Shown: in pieces, positions 1-7,132 of the stretch
Position numbering within the stretch: position 1 is the stretch's first letter
Layout of the letters: every line of letters starts with the position of its first letter
From: Armatimonadota bacterium
GTDB taxonomy: Bacteria; Armatimonadota; JAAZEB01
Reading direction: 5' to 3'
DNA: 12,598 bases
NCBI GenBank assembly: GCA_012512265.1
Contig: JAAZEM010000207.1
Coordinates: 1 to 12,598 of the forward strand
Notes under the pieces: model-generated
What the model saw: only the letters and a program-made list of their open reading frames with translations
What the model was told of the DNA's origin: nothing
Databases searched by the model: none
Position numbers and translations under genes: made by a program

Positions 1-374
1 GGCGAATCCTGGTCGTTGAGGACGAACTAAATGTTCGGCTCACCCTGGCACAGATGCTGCGGCTTTCGGGCTACGAGGTGCTCGAAGCGGCCACCGGAGA
101 TGACGCGATCGCGCTGGCGCGCGGTACAAACCTCGATCTCTTGCTGAGCGATATCCGTCTCCCAGGGATTGATGGCTACGAGCTGCTCCGGAGGATCCGC
201 GTGCTGCACCCGGAGATCCGCGGCGTGGCGATGACGGGTTACGCGGATGGCGCTTCTCAGCGCCTGGCCCTGGAGGCGGGCTTCGATTGCCTCCTCCGCA
301 AGCCCTTCCCCTTCAACGTGCTGCTTCAGGCCATCGCGTCGTGCCTGGGCTCGCCTCCCGCGGGCAATGCGTGA
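1..374 (+). CDS. Response regulator receiver domain protein (CheY-like, single domain), 5'-partial. Codons are in frame from nt 3; the stop is TGA 372-374.
   Basis: Reading frame 3 upstream of the listed ATG gives RILVVEDELNVRLTLAQMLRLSGYEV..., the canonical receiver N-terminus. The phospho-acceptor context is LLLSDIRLPGIDG. The ORF stops directly after the receiver domain, so no output domain lies in this window. Confidence 0.85.
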   Translation, partial: RILVVEDELNVRLTLAQMLRLSGYEVLEAATGDDAIALARGTNLDLLLSDIRLPGIDGYELLRRIRVLHPEIRGVAMTGYADGASQRLALEAGFDCLLRKPFPFNVLLQAIASCLGSPPAGNA

Positions 375-617
375 GCCGGGCCGGAGAGCGGCACTGGCGC
401 GATCAGGGAGGCAAAGCTCGACAGTCAGACGCGAGGCAGGAAGCGGGTGGGGAACACGGCGGCGGGGTGCCCCGGAGCGTCGCGCCGGGGGCCCGGCGCT
501 GCCATCCCGCATCGCCCGCACGCCAGCGTGTCTGGCCGGACCCTAAGGGATGCACAGAGGCCCCGGGCCTGGCGGCGTGCCTGCCTGTCGGCAGCCCTTC
601 CTGGCGGAAACGCTCGT

Positions 618-917
618 CTATTGGGGAATCAGCTCGGCTTCCTCCACCAGAAAGTTGGGACCATTCATGCGGCGTTCGGCGCGATCGAACAGCTCGTCGG
701 CGCGCCGCAAGTCAGCGTCGAACTCGCGGAGTGCAACCTCCATCGCGCGAATGCGGTGGAGCAGGCGGGCGTGCACGTCGGCAAGCTGCCTCGCCTCGAC
801 CGGATCCGGGACGGCACGGAGCATCCCCTCCCGGATCGAGGCATCTACCAGGTCTCGCATGGTTGCCGCGATGGAGATCAGTGTCTCATTCACCTGGCTG
901 CTGTGATCAGATAGCAT
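618..917 (-). CDS. Hypothetical 100-aa protein, predicted helical and charged (MLSDHSSQVNETLISIAATMRDLVD...)
   Basis: The ORF-track frame is trimmed to the internal ATG at 917-915 because a Shine-Dalgarno GGGAGGG (complement of 922-928) lies 4 nt upstream of it. No family recognised. Confidence 0.55.
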   Translation of the reverse strand: MLSDHSSQVNETLISIAATMRDLVDASIREGMLRAVPDPVEARQLADVHARLLHRIRAMEVALREFDADLRRADELFDRAERRMNGPNFLVEEAELIPQ

Positions 918-1186
918 ACGTCCCTCCCTCAATTTCCCCGGGTCCTCCCGAGATGGGCACCTGTCAGGCATCTGCTGTGCCATTCTTCCCCCTCCCAAGT
1001 GGGGCTAAACGCCCGTCATGGCTCATGGGATGCCTCCTGGCAGGCCCGGCAGCTCGTGTCAGCGGGCGCCAGAGCCGTTCGCCGGCAAGGGCAATGCCTG
1101 GGTGCGCCCGGCCAATGCCCCCTGGATAAGACGTCCGGTGGCCGTGCCCGGCCTCCCTGGAGAGCCCCGCAGGCCCGCTCCTTTCC

Positions 1187-1216
1187 TTGACAGGGCAACA
1201 GCCTCTGTGCTATACT
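1187..1216 (+). promoter_or_regulatory. Sigma70-type promoter P1: TTGACA (1187-1192), 18-nt spacer, TATACT (1211-1216)
   Basis: Exact consensus -35 hexamer and a near-consensus -10 at canonical spacing, inside a 600-bp intergenic region. The predicted transcription start is near 1223. Confidence 0.5.
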
Positions 1217-1390
1217 CGCGCCAACCAGGTGGGCGGCTGTCACTCGCGAGCGCGGCTGGGTGCCGTGCCCGTCACCGCTCCTTTCAGGGCCAGGAGTGGC
1301 GCTGCGAGCAAGGAGGTGCTCTTCGGACAGCCGGCCCGACCCCGATCAGAGTCCACAACGGATACCACCGCTGTCGGATGGTAACGGAAA

Positions 1391-1468
1391 ACCCGTCTAG
1401 CGAGAATAGAAATCCAGTGAGAGCAGCCGCTCGTACCCTTGACACCTTTTTGTGGGGTATGCTATACT
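1391..1468 (+). promoter_or_regulatory. Sigma70-type promoter P2 with an A-rich UP-like element: TTGACA (1439-1444), 18-nt spacer, TATACT (1463-1468); A-rich tract 1391-1435
   Basis: Same hexamers and spacer length as P1. The sequence ACGGAAAACCCGTCTAGCGAGAATAGAAATCCAG lies at about -60 to -38, a local AT-rich island in a GC-rich genome. The predicted start near 1475 leaves a 5'UTR of about 55 nt to the ATG at 1530. Confidence 0.55.
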
Positions 1469-1529
1469 ACCGCAAGCGTGTAGGGGGTAGGGGTGGCTTG
1501 CAGGCAGGGAGAGGCCTCAAGCCATCAAG

Positions 1530-2855
1530 ATGTTCATGACGTCGCGTCTTCACATTGCGCCGGGCCTGCGGGGCCGGCGGAGTTCGGAACCCGCAGCGGG
1601 CCATCGCCGCGCTTATCACAAGCTCCCGAAGCGCCGAAGGTGGACCTGGATAACCGCGTTGGCGTGCGCTCTGGCCATTGTTCTGCCAGGTGCCGCGCGC
1701 GCCGAACAGACGCCAGCCGAGTTGCTGGCCGATCTGGAAGCGGAAGGTTTTGAGAATCTGAGCGTCGAGAAGATCTCGGACGGCCAGGGCGTGGTGATCA
1801 CGTTCGAGAACCGCCGCTACCGGTGGGAGGTGGTTGGTCTGGGGGTTGCCCTGGGCCTTGCGACTGCCCACCAGGAGGGGCGGGTGATCCTGGTGCCGAT
1901 GCACACGGGGGTGCCGATGGGGCGCATCGAGGTGGATGCCTCTGATTACCGCGCCTTCCTCCGTGGCGAGCTGAGCGAGGAAGAGATCTTCTCGCGCATG
2001 GTGATATCGAGTGAGGCCGGGCCATACCAGCCGGGGCCGCACAGCAGCTCCTTCGGGAAGGTGGATCTCACCTTCGCGCCGGGCGTGCGGATTAACCTCG
2101 TAACGCCAGCGCCTCCGGGGGTCTTCCGGGGCGGGGAGCTGCGCCTGAGCCCTGGGGTTTACTCGAACTTGTGGCGCGGGCTCTCGTTCGATGCGACCTA
2201 CGTCTACCCGCTGAGTAGCAGCGAGCCGGTGGTTGGCCGCGCCACCGGAAGTATCAACGCGCGCGTGGGCACCGAGGGCTTTTTCCAGGCGCAGGCCGGA
2301 CGGCTCTCCGAAGGCCTGGATGGGTTTGCGGCCGCATTGGTGTACCCCAGCAAAGATGGGCGGCACCTGCTCGGGGCATCCATCGCGCAGGCGGCCTACC
2401 CGGGCTGGGATCGCACCGGTAGCTATCAGGCGTTTTGGACGTGGCGGCCGACGCGCTATGATGCCACGGCAACCTTTGCCTGGGGGAAGTTCCTGGCAGG
2501 CGACACGGGCTATTCGCTCACCCTGATCAGCGGCTTCAGGGAGAGCAACATCGAGTTCAGTTACACGAAGACATCGCTGAGCGAAGTTCTTGCCGCCGGG
2601 TTTACCGTGCCCCTGGGATGGGAGCGCCAGCCACGGCCCGCTCCAGTACGGTTTCGCTTCCGGAACGCGTTCCGGTTTATGTATTATGACGAGAACCCGC
2701 GTCCGCTGGACGGCGGGCTCTATGTTCCTTTCATGGATGGTTACCAGACGGCAATCCGCCGCTGGAACAGGGCCTATCTGCGCACTTACGCACACGAGTT
2801 GCGCGAGGCCGCTAAAAGATGGTTGCCTGCGGAGGTAACGGAATCGAGAGAGTAA
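1530..2855 (+). CDS. Secreted 441-aa hypothetical protein (signal peptide ...WTWITALACALAIVLPGAARA|EQ). It may be an outer-membrane or envelope beta-rich protein; a weak recollection of a YjbH/DUF940-like protein is unverified.
   Basis: High GC3 in this frame, whereas the antisense frame translates as Arg/Pro-rich junk. An N-terminal signal peptide is present. The sequence is rich in Tyr/Phe/Trp/Gly with alternating patterns (NIEFSYTKT, ATYVYPLSS). Confidence 0.75.
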   Translation: MFMTSRLHIAPGLRGRRSSEPAAGHRRAYHKLPKRRRWTWITALACALAIVLPGAARAEQTPAELLADLEAEGFENLSVEKISDGQGVVITFENRRYRWEVVGLGVALGLATAHQEGRVILVPMHTGVPMGRIEVDASDYRAFLRGELSEEEIFSRMVISSEAGPYQPGPHSSSFGKVDLTFAPGVRINLVTPAPPGVFRGGELRLSPGVYSNLWRGLSFDATYVYPLSSSEPVVGRATGSINARVGTEGFFQAQAGRLSEGLDGFAAALVYPSKDGRHLLGASIAQAAYPGWDRTGSYQAFWTWRPTRYDATATFAWGKFLAGDTGYSLTLISGFRESNIEFSYTKTSLSEVLAAGFTVPLGWERQPRPAPVRFRFRNAFRFMYYDENPRPLDGGLYVPFMDGYQTAIRRWNRAYLRTYAHELREAAKRWLPAEVTESRE

Positions 2856-2973
2856 ACTTCCGCCGGCAGCGCTTCCCGCCAGGGAAGTGAGTCACCGGTC
2901 GGACTTAGGCGGCCGGAATGGACGGCAGGAGATCGTGTGCGCAGCAGGCTATCGAAAGGAGATGAGCGAAAGC

Positions 2974-4410
2974 ATGGACTTCGCACGTTTTCGACCCAGA
3001 ACGGCAGTGCTCCTGACGTTGGGTGCCCTTGCCCTGGCCGCGTTGCTGGCTGGTGGCTGTGCGGCGCCTGACGACGACGAGCGCGCTCGGTTCGCAGTTG
3101 TCACCGGTGTGGTCCTGGATCAGAACAACAATCCGGTCCCCGGTGCCGTTGTCTCGGTGGTGCCCCCGCTTGAGGCGCCAGTGGCTGGCGGCCCGCTTGG
3201 CACCCGCAACTTCTTCGGGAGCCCCGGCCCGTTCGTGACCGGTCCGGATGGCCGCTTCTTCATCCCCGGCGTCAAGCTCGCCCAGTCGGCTTCCGATGTG
3301 GTGGTCCTGAACCTTCAGGCAACCGCTCCGGGCTTCCTCCCCGCTTTCGTCGTGGCGCCTGCGCCGGAGACGGGCACGATTCTTGGCCGCCCGTTTGTCG
3401 CCGGTGTTGAGACGCGCGACATCGTCATCACCCAGGAGACGGTGAGCAGCCTCGTCGCTCGCCTTGTTCCCCCTGGCCAGACGCAGACCGTTGGCTCCGG
3501 TGGAATCCAGAACCTCACCGTGCCCGTGGTTGATGCCGCAACGGGTGGCACGACGGGCAACGCGACCGTCAACATTCCCGCCGGTGCGATCTCCGGACAG
3601 CCGGTGCAGCTGGCTGTGACGGGTGTGACGGGCACCTCCCTGGCCTCCGTGGCTGCGCCCGCGCCGAGCCAGGTTCCGACGGTGGGCAGCCCGGCGGCTC
3701 CGGCGGCCAACGCCGCTCTCGGTTCGGGCACCGTTCCTGCGACGCTTCCGCTCGCGGGTATCGACATTCGCGCTCTGAACGCTTCGGTGAGCTTCACCGG
3801 CCCCAAGCCGACGGTTACGGTTCCGCTTCCCGCGGGCCTGATCGTCACGGGCCTCAGCTCGCGCCAGATTCCTGCGGACGCGCTGGCCGTGGTCTTCTTC
3901 AACGAGCAGCGTGGCGCATGGGAGCTGGTTCCCGGTGCGATCGTCAACGTGACCTCCACTCAGGTCACCTTCGCCATCGGTGAGTCGACGGGCACCTACG
4001 CCCTGATCGTCCCGGCCACCTGGACGCTGCCGGCGCCGGTGCAGACGGGCGAGAACGTCGTGTTCCCGCCGATCGCTGGCTTCAACGGCTACGTCTCGAT
4101 CGGCCGCATCAGCCAGTCGCTGGACTTCCCGACCGTGAGCGAACCGGTGGAGACGCTTCTCCTCAGCGCTTACGCGGCGCTCACCGGTGAAGTGCCCAAC
4201 GGGCCCTTCGTCGTCCAGGTGCCGCCCGGAACCACGACGGGCCGCTCGGCCAGCGAGGTGACGGCCACCGTGAGCGTGAACTTCGGAACCTTCGGCACCG
4301 TTCAGGGAACCCGGACGACCTGGCAGGTCGAGGATGTCGAGGTGCCTGAGGCGCCCGAGATCCCGCCGCACCTGCAGGGCCACGTCCAGGGTGGTGGCGT
4401 GGGCGGATAA
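2974..4410 (+). CDS. Putative lipoprotein, Thr/Gly/Val/Pro-rich, with an N-terminal carboxypeptidase-regulatory-like (CarboxypepD_reg-like) stretch. The alternative start is ATG 2962; the ORF-track GTG at 2887 is unlikely.
   Basis: The N-terminus MDFARFRPRTAVLLTLGALALAALLAGGCAAPDDDE has an n-region, an h-region and a Cys in a lipobox-like position. FAVVTGVVLDQNNNPVPGAVVSVV resembles the carboxypeptidase regulatory-like fold. The rest is long low-complexity T/G/V/P/A sequence predicted beta-rich. The gene sits 118 bp downstream of the 1530 gene on the same strand, so co-transcription is likely. Confidence 0.7.
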   Translation: MDFARFRPRTAVLLTLGALALAALLAGGCAAPDDDERARFAVVTGVVLDQNNNPVPGAVVSVVPPLEAPVAGGPLGTRNFFGSPGPFVTGPDGRFFIPGVKLAQSASDVVVLNLQATAPGFLPAFVVAPAPETGTILGRPFVAGVETRDIVITQETVSSLVARLVPPGQTQTVGSGGIQNLTVPVVDAATGGTTGNATVNIPAGAISGQPVQLAVTGVTGTSLASVAAPAPSQVPTVGSPAAPAANAALGSGTVPATLPLAGIDIRALNASVSFTGPKPTVTVPLPAGLIVTGLSSRQIPADALAVVFFNEQRGAWELVPGAIVNVTSTQVTFAIGESTGTYALIVPATWTLPAPVQTGENVVFPPIAGFNGYVSIGRISQSLDFPTVSEPVETLLLSAYAALTGEVPNGPFVVQVPPGTTTGRSASEVTATVSVNFGTFGTVQGTRTTWQVEDVEVPEAPEIPPHLQGHVQGGGVGG

Positions 4411-4426
4411 CGCTCGCGAGATATGA

Positions 4427-4448
4427 GCTTCCGCTTGACGGCGGAAGC
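4427..4448 (+). terminator. Hairpin GCTTCCGC-ttgacg-GCGGAAGC (8-bp stem), the first of two tandem hairpins after the lipoprotein gene
   Basis: Perfect inverted repeat 17 nt after the stop codon. There is no U-tract, so it probably acts together with the downstream hairpin. Confidence 0.35.
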
Positions 4449-4460
4449 GCCACTTCCCAC

Positions 4461-4497
4461 GAAGCCCCCGGGCGTTGCCCGGGGGCTTCGTGATTCT
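4461..4497 (+). terminator. Probable intrinsic terminator: GAAGCCCCCGGGC-gtt-GCCCGGGGGCTTC (12-13-bp GC stem) followed by GTGATTCT
   Basis: Perfect 13-nt inverted repeat followed by a weak T-containing tail, at the end of the 1530-4410 two-gene unit. Confidence 0.6.
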
Positions 4498-4641
4498 CCG
4501 ATGTGCCGTTTGCTCCATCTTCCCGAGGGGTAGGCCTCTACATTGGGAGTGATGGCCGAAACGGCGGCGAATCGGATGCACGAACGCAGAGCGCATTTCG
4601 CCTTCTGCCCGTTGATGCCCGGCTTCCGTAATGGAGGAGCG

Positions 4642-4872
4642 ATGCGGCGTAATCTGGGGATAGCTCTCGGTGTCGCGGCGGGTGCGATGGCAGGACTCTT
4701 TCTCGCCTCCCGGCGGGGGAAAGAGACGAGCGCCCGCCTGCGGGAGTTTGGTCAGGGCATGGCCAGGCGCGCGGCGACGCCGTTACACACGCTCGCGGCC
4801 GCCGCGCGGGTGTGGCACGCTGGCCAGGAGCCTGCCACCCGTGCGCCCGGGCCTTGCGAGCCCACACTATGA
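4642..4872 (+). CDS. Small membrane protein, YtxH-like (DUF948/YtxH family). The N-terminal Gly/Ala-zipper helix is followed by the motif ...LFLASRRGKETSARLRE...
   Basis: ATG 4642 is preceded by GGAGGAG (4633-4639). MRRNLGIALGVAAGAMAGLFLASRRGKETSARLREFGQG matches the YtxH signature (GxxxGxxxGAAxxLLFAPKSGKExRE). The C-terminal third is low-complexity. The ORF-track TTG start at 4543 gives an implausible N-terminal extension. Confidence 0.5.
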   Translation: MRRNLGIALGVAAGAMAGLFLASRRGKETSARLREFGQGMARRAATPLHTLAAAARVWHAGQEPATRAPGPCEPTL

Positions 4873-5141
4873 GCGCCTGCTGCGGAAGCGCGGGAAGTCT
4901 GCGGTTCCCCGTTCCGATGTGAGAGGATACCCCGCTGGCCTGAAGCAGGGGATGCCCCCCGAATGTGCCCCCGCCTTCTTCCGTGAGCTGCCACCGCGCG
5001 CGATGGAGAGGAGTCCGCTGAGAGGTGGCGAACGGATCATTTTGGGTGTGCCTCCCGGCGCGCGCGGAGCCTTTGGCGCGGGAGGGGCGCTCACGGCGTG
5101 CGGTCCGCCGGGCCAGCGACGCCCGCCACCTGGAAACGGGT

Positions 5142-6524
5142 ATGAGTGTCAACGCGGTGGAGTGGTTGGGGGTTGTGGCGGTCGTCACTCTGGTGGGTGT
5201 GGCTGGGGCGTTAGGGCACGTCGTCCTCGCAAGTGAATTAGGCCTGCTGAGTTACCTCGTCCTTGGCTTGATCGCGGTCGTGATCGCCCTTGGCATTGGT
5301 CATGTAGCCGTGGAAGTGGGTCGGCGTCACCAGCGGGAGATCAAGCGGCACAACGAGGAACTCGCGGCGCTGAACGCGGTTGCGGTGACTGCGAGCCGGT
5401 CACTCGAGCTCACTGCCGTGCTCCGTGATTGTCTGGACAAGACGCTCGAGGTGATGGGACTCGACGCGGGTGCGGTCTTCCTGGCCTCGCAGGGAGAGAT
5501 CGGATCGCTGGCGGCGCACCGTGGTCTGACGGATCACTTCCTGGATGGCCTCGCCCGAATGAAGATGGGCGAGAACGTTCCCGGATCGGTGATTTTGCCA
5601 GACTCCCCCTTGCTTACCCCGGATCAGGAGGGCGAGACGCATCGCGAGTGGATCCGGGCATCGGTGAGCGTGCCGATGCGCTCCGAGGGCCGCGTGGTGG
5701 GGACGATGTATCTCTTTGCGCGCGGCCATCGTGATTTCTCCCAGCGAGAGGTGCAGATCCTGGTGGCCATCGGCGACGTGATCGGCATGGCGGTGCAGAA
5801 CGCGAAGCTGCATGCACAGGTGATCGAACTCGCCGCGCGCGACCCACTCACGGGGCTATACAATCGCCGCCGATTCGAGGAGGTCTACCGCCAGGAGGTG
5901 GCGCGTGCCCGCCTCTATCGGGCGCCCCTGACCGTGGCGATGATCGACGTAGACTGCTTCAAGGAGGTCAACGATCGTTTCGGGCATGCCGTCGGGGATC
6001 GGGCGCTGGAAGCGATTGCCAGGATTCTCCTCAAGGGCCGCGCGATGGATGTTGCCGCGCGCTACGGCGGCGATGAGTTTGTCATCCTGATGCCAAACAC
6101 GGAGCTGCAGGGCGCTCAGGTGGTCGCGGATCGGATCCAGCGCGCCGCTCGTGCCGTGGTGTTTCCAGATATCCCGTACTATCGCCTCAGCCTCAGCATC
6201 GGCCTGGCAGATAGCTCTGCCGGCTATGAGGGCATTCTGGAGCGCGCGGACGCGCAGATGTATGCCTGCAAGCGGGGTGGGGCCAACCATCCGCTCTCCA
6301 CTCCCCGATCAGAACGCCCCGGACCGGCAAAGATGGAACACGGAGGGCATCCGCGTGCGCATTCGGGGGGCCTATCGGTGATCGCTCACTCCCACCTGGC
6401 GGCAGAGCGTCAACAGGGGGCAGTCGTTGCAGCGCGGCCGCTGGCCGGTACACACGAACTTCCCGAAAGGCACCAGGCGCTCGTTGATCTCCACCCAATA
6501 CTGCCGCGGCAGCCTCGCGCGTAG
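5142..6524 (+). CDS. Membrane-anchored diguanylate cyclase: two N-terminal transmembrane helices, a GAF domain and a GGDEF domain. The active-site motif RYGGDEF is intact and an RxxD I-site (RAMD) is present.
   Basis: The GGDEF-domain signatures are: DPLTGLYNRRRFEE, VAMIDVDCFKEVNDRFGH, GGDEFVIL and RADAQMYACKRGG. RxxD lies 5 residues before GGDEF. Hydrophobic helices occupy residues 8-60 counted from ATG 5142. The start was chosen at the first ATG preceding the transmembrane region, because the ORF-track GTG at 5025 adds an Arg-rich extension. A 78-aa low-complexity C-terminal tail runs into the convergent nth gene. Confidence 0.88.
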   Translation: MSVNAVEWLGVVAVVTLVGVAGALGHVVLASELGLLSYLVLGLIAVVIALGIGHVAVEVGRRHQREIKRHNEELAALNAVAVTASRSLELTAVLRDCLDKTLEVMGLDAGAVFLASQGEIGSLAAHRGLTDHFLDGLARMKMGENVPGSVILPDSPLLTPDQEGETHREWIRASVSVPMRSEGRVVGTMYLFARGHRDFSQREVQILVAIGDVIGMAVQNAKLHAQVIELAARDPLTGLYNRRRFEEVYRQEVARARLYRAPLTVAMIDVDCFKEVNDRFGHAVGDRALEAIARILLKGRAMDVAARYGGDEFVILMPNTELQGAQVVADRIQRAARAVVFPDIPYYRLSLSIGLADSSAGYEGILERADAQMYACKRGGANHPLSTPRSERPGPAKMEHGGHPRAHSGGLSVIAHSHLAAERQQGAVVAARPLAGTHELPERHQALVDLHPILPRQPRA

Positions 6525-7112
6525 CTGCTCCTCGGTCTTCTCCGGGGTGCGGGCATCCGTATACCCCCAGCGCCGCGTGATCCGGTGGACATGGATATCG
6601 ACGGCGATGGCCGGCTGGTGGAAGGCGGTGGCCAGGACGATGTTCGCCACCTTGGGGCCGACCCCCGGGAGGGCGCGCAGTGCCCTGGCGTCGCTCGGAA
6701 CACAGCCACCATGTCTCTCCAGCAGGATCGCGCTGATCTGACGGATGTGGCGTGCCTTCGTCTCCGCGAAAGTGGCGGGGGAGAGGAGCGCGGAGAGCTC
6801 CTCTTCGGGGAGGGCCAGCATCTCCTCGGGCGTGCGCGCCCGGTCGAGGAGCGCCGGGGCCACGCGAATGGTCACTTCGTCGCGCGTGCGCACGCTAACC
6901 ACGGCGGCCACAAGCAGCTCGAAGGGGCGCGCGTATCCCCGGTCGCGCAGCTCGAAGAGCGCCGCGCGGGGCAAGCGGGCGCAGTGGACCCGCAATCGCC
7001 GAAAGAGCTCGTCAATGTCGAAGGCCTGCTTGGGCAGGCAATCGGGGCCGGCGCGTTCCACGGCCCAGGGCGGCAACGGCTCATCCATACCCTGCCGGAG
7101 TGCACGCACCAT
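6372..7112 (-). CDS. nth: Endonuclease III (base-excision-repair DNA glycosylase/AP lyase) with a C-terminal [4Fe-4S] cluster loop
   Basis: The HhH-GPD core (PFELLVAAVVSVRTRDEV..., LPGVGPKVANIVL, AVDIHVHRI) matches E. coli Nth along its length. The C-terminus carries C-x6-C-x2-C-x5-C (CTGQRPRCNDCPLLTLC). The start could be the internal Met at about 7088. Confidence 0.9.
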   Translation of the reverse strand: MVRALRQGMDEPLPPWAVERAGPDCLPKQAFDIDELFRRLRVHCARLPRAALFELRDRGYARPFELLVAAVVSVRTRDEVTIRVAPALLDRARTPEEMLALPEEELSALLSPATFAETKARHIRQISAILLERHGGCVPSDARALRALPGVGPKVANIVLATAFHQPAIAVDIHVHRITRRWGYTDARTPEKTEEQLRARLPRQYWVEINERLVPFGKFVCTGQRPRCNDCPLLTLCRQVGVSDHR

Positions 7113-7132
7113 GCCATGCCCACTGGCGATGC

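Noticed and set aside
469-492. Imperfect GC hairpin GCCCCGG-n9-CCGGGGGC between the convergent receiver gene and the 100-aa gene
   Set aside because: The stem is bulged, no U-tract follows on either strand, and similar GC-rich inverted repeats are frequent by chance at this base composition.
1217-1438. Looked for c-di-GMP, c-di-AMP, TPP, SAM, glycine and ZTP riboswitch cores, RNase P, tmRNA, SRP or tRNA signatures in 1217-1438 and in the 4873-5141 region upstream of the GGDEF gene
   Set aside because: None of the conserved core sequences I can recall (for example GCAAACC...GACGCAAAGCC, CUGAGA, GAGGAAAGUCC, the T-loop GTTCGAATC) are present. Only a covariance-model scan could settle this.
1187-1539. 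Possible small ORFs inside the P1-P2 interval (1187-1384 frame; a 53-aa ORF from ATG 1377; the AAGGAGGTG at 1309-1317 as a ribosome-binding site)
   Set aside because: The first starts upstream of the promoter's own -10. The second has no SD and strongly A/T-ending codons, atypical for this genome. No ATG, GTG or TTG lies 4-12 nt downstream of the SD-like sequence. The interval is therefore treated as non-coding RNA or leader.
2905-4596. Long reverse-strand ORFs from the six-frame track: 2905-4596 (563 aa), 1467-2795 (442 aa), 8065-9213 (382 aa), 10050-10913 (287 aa), 6585-7202, 6745-7455, 7388-8116, 11085-11771, 287-1129, 27-521 and others
   Set aside because: All are antisense or out of frame relative to genes with clear family signatures. 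They translate to Arg/Pro/Ala-rich low-complexity sequence with poor GC3 and no Shine-Dalgarno site, the usual open-frame artefacts of high-GC DNA.
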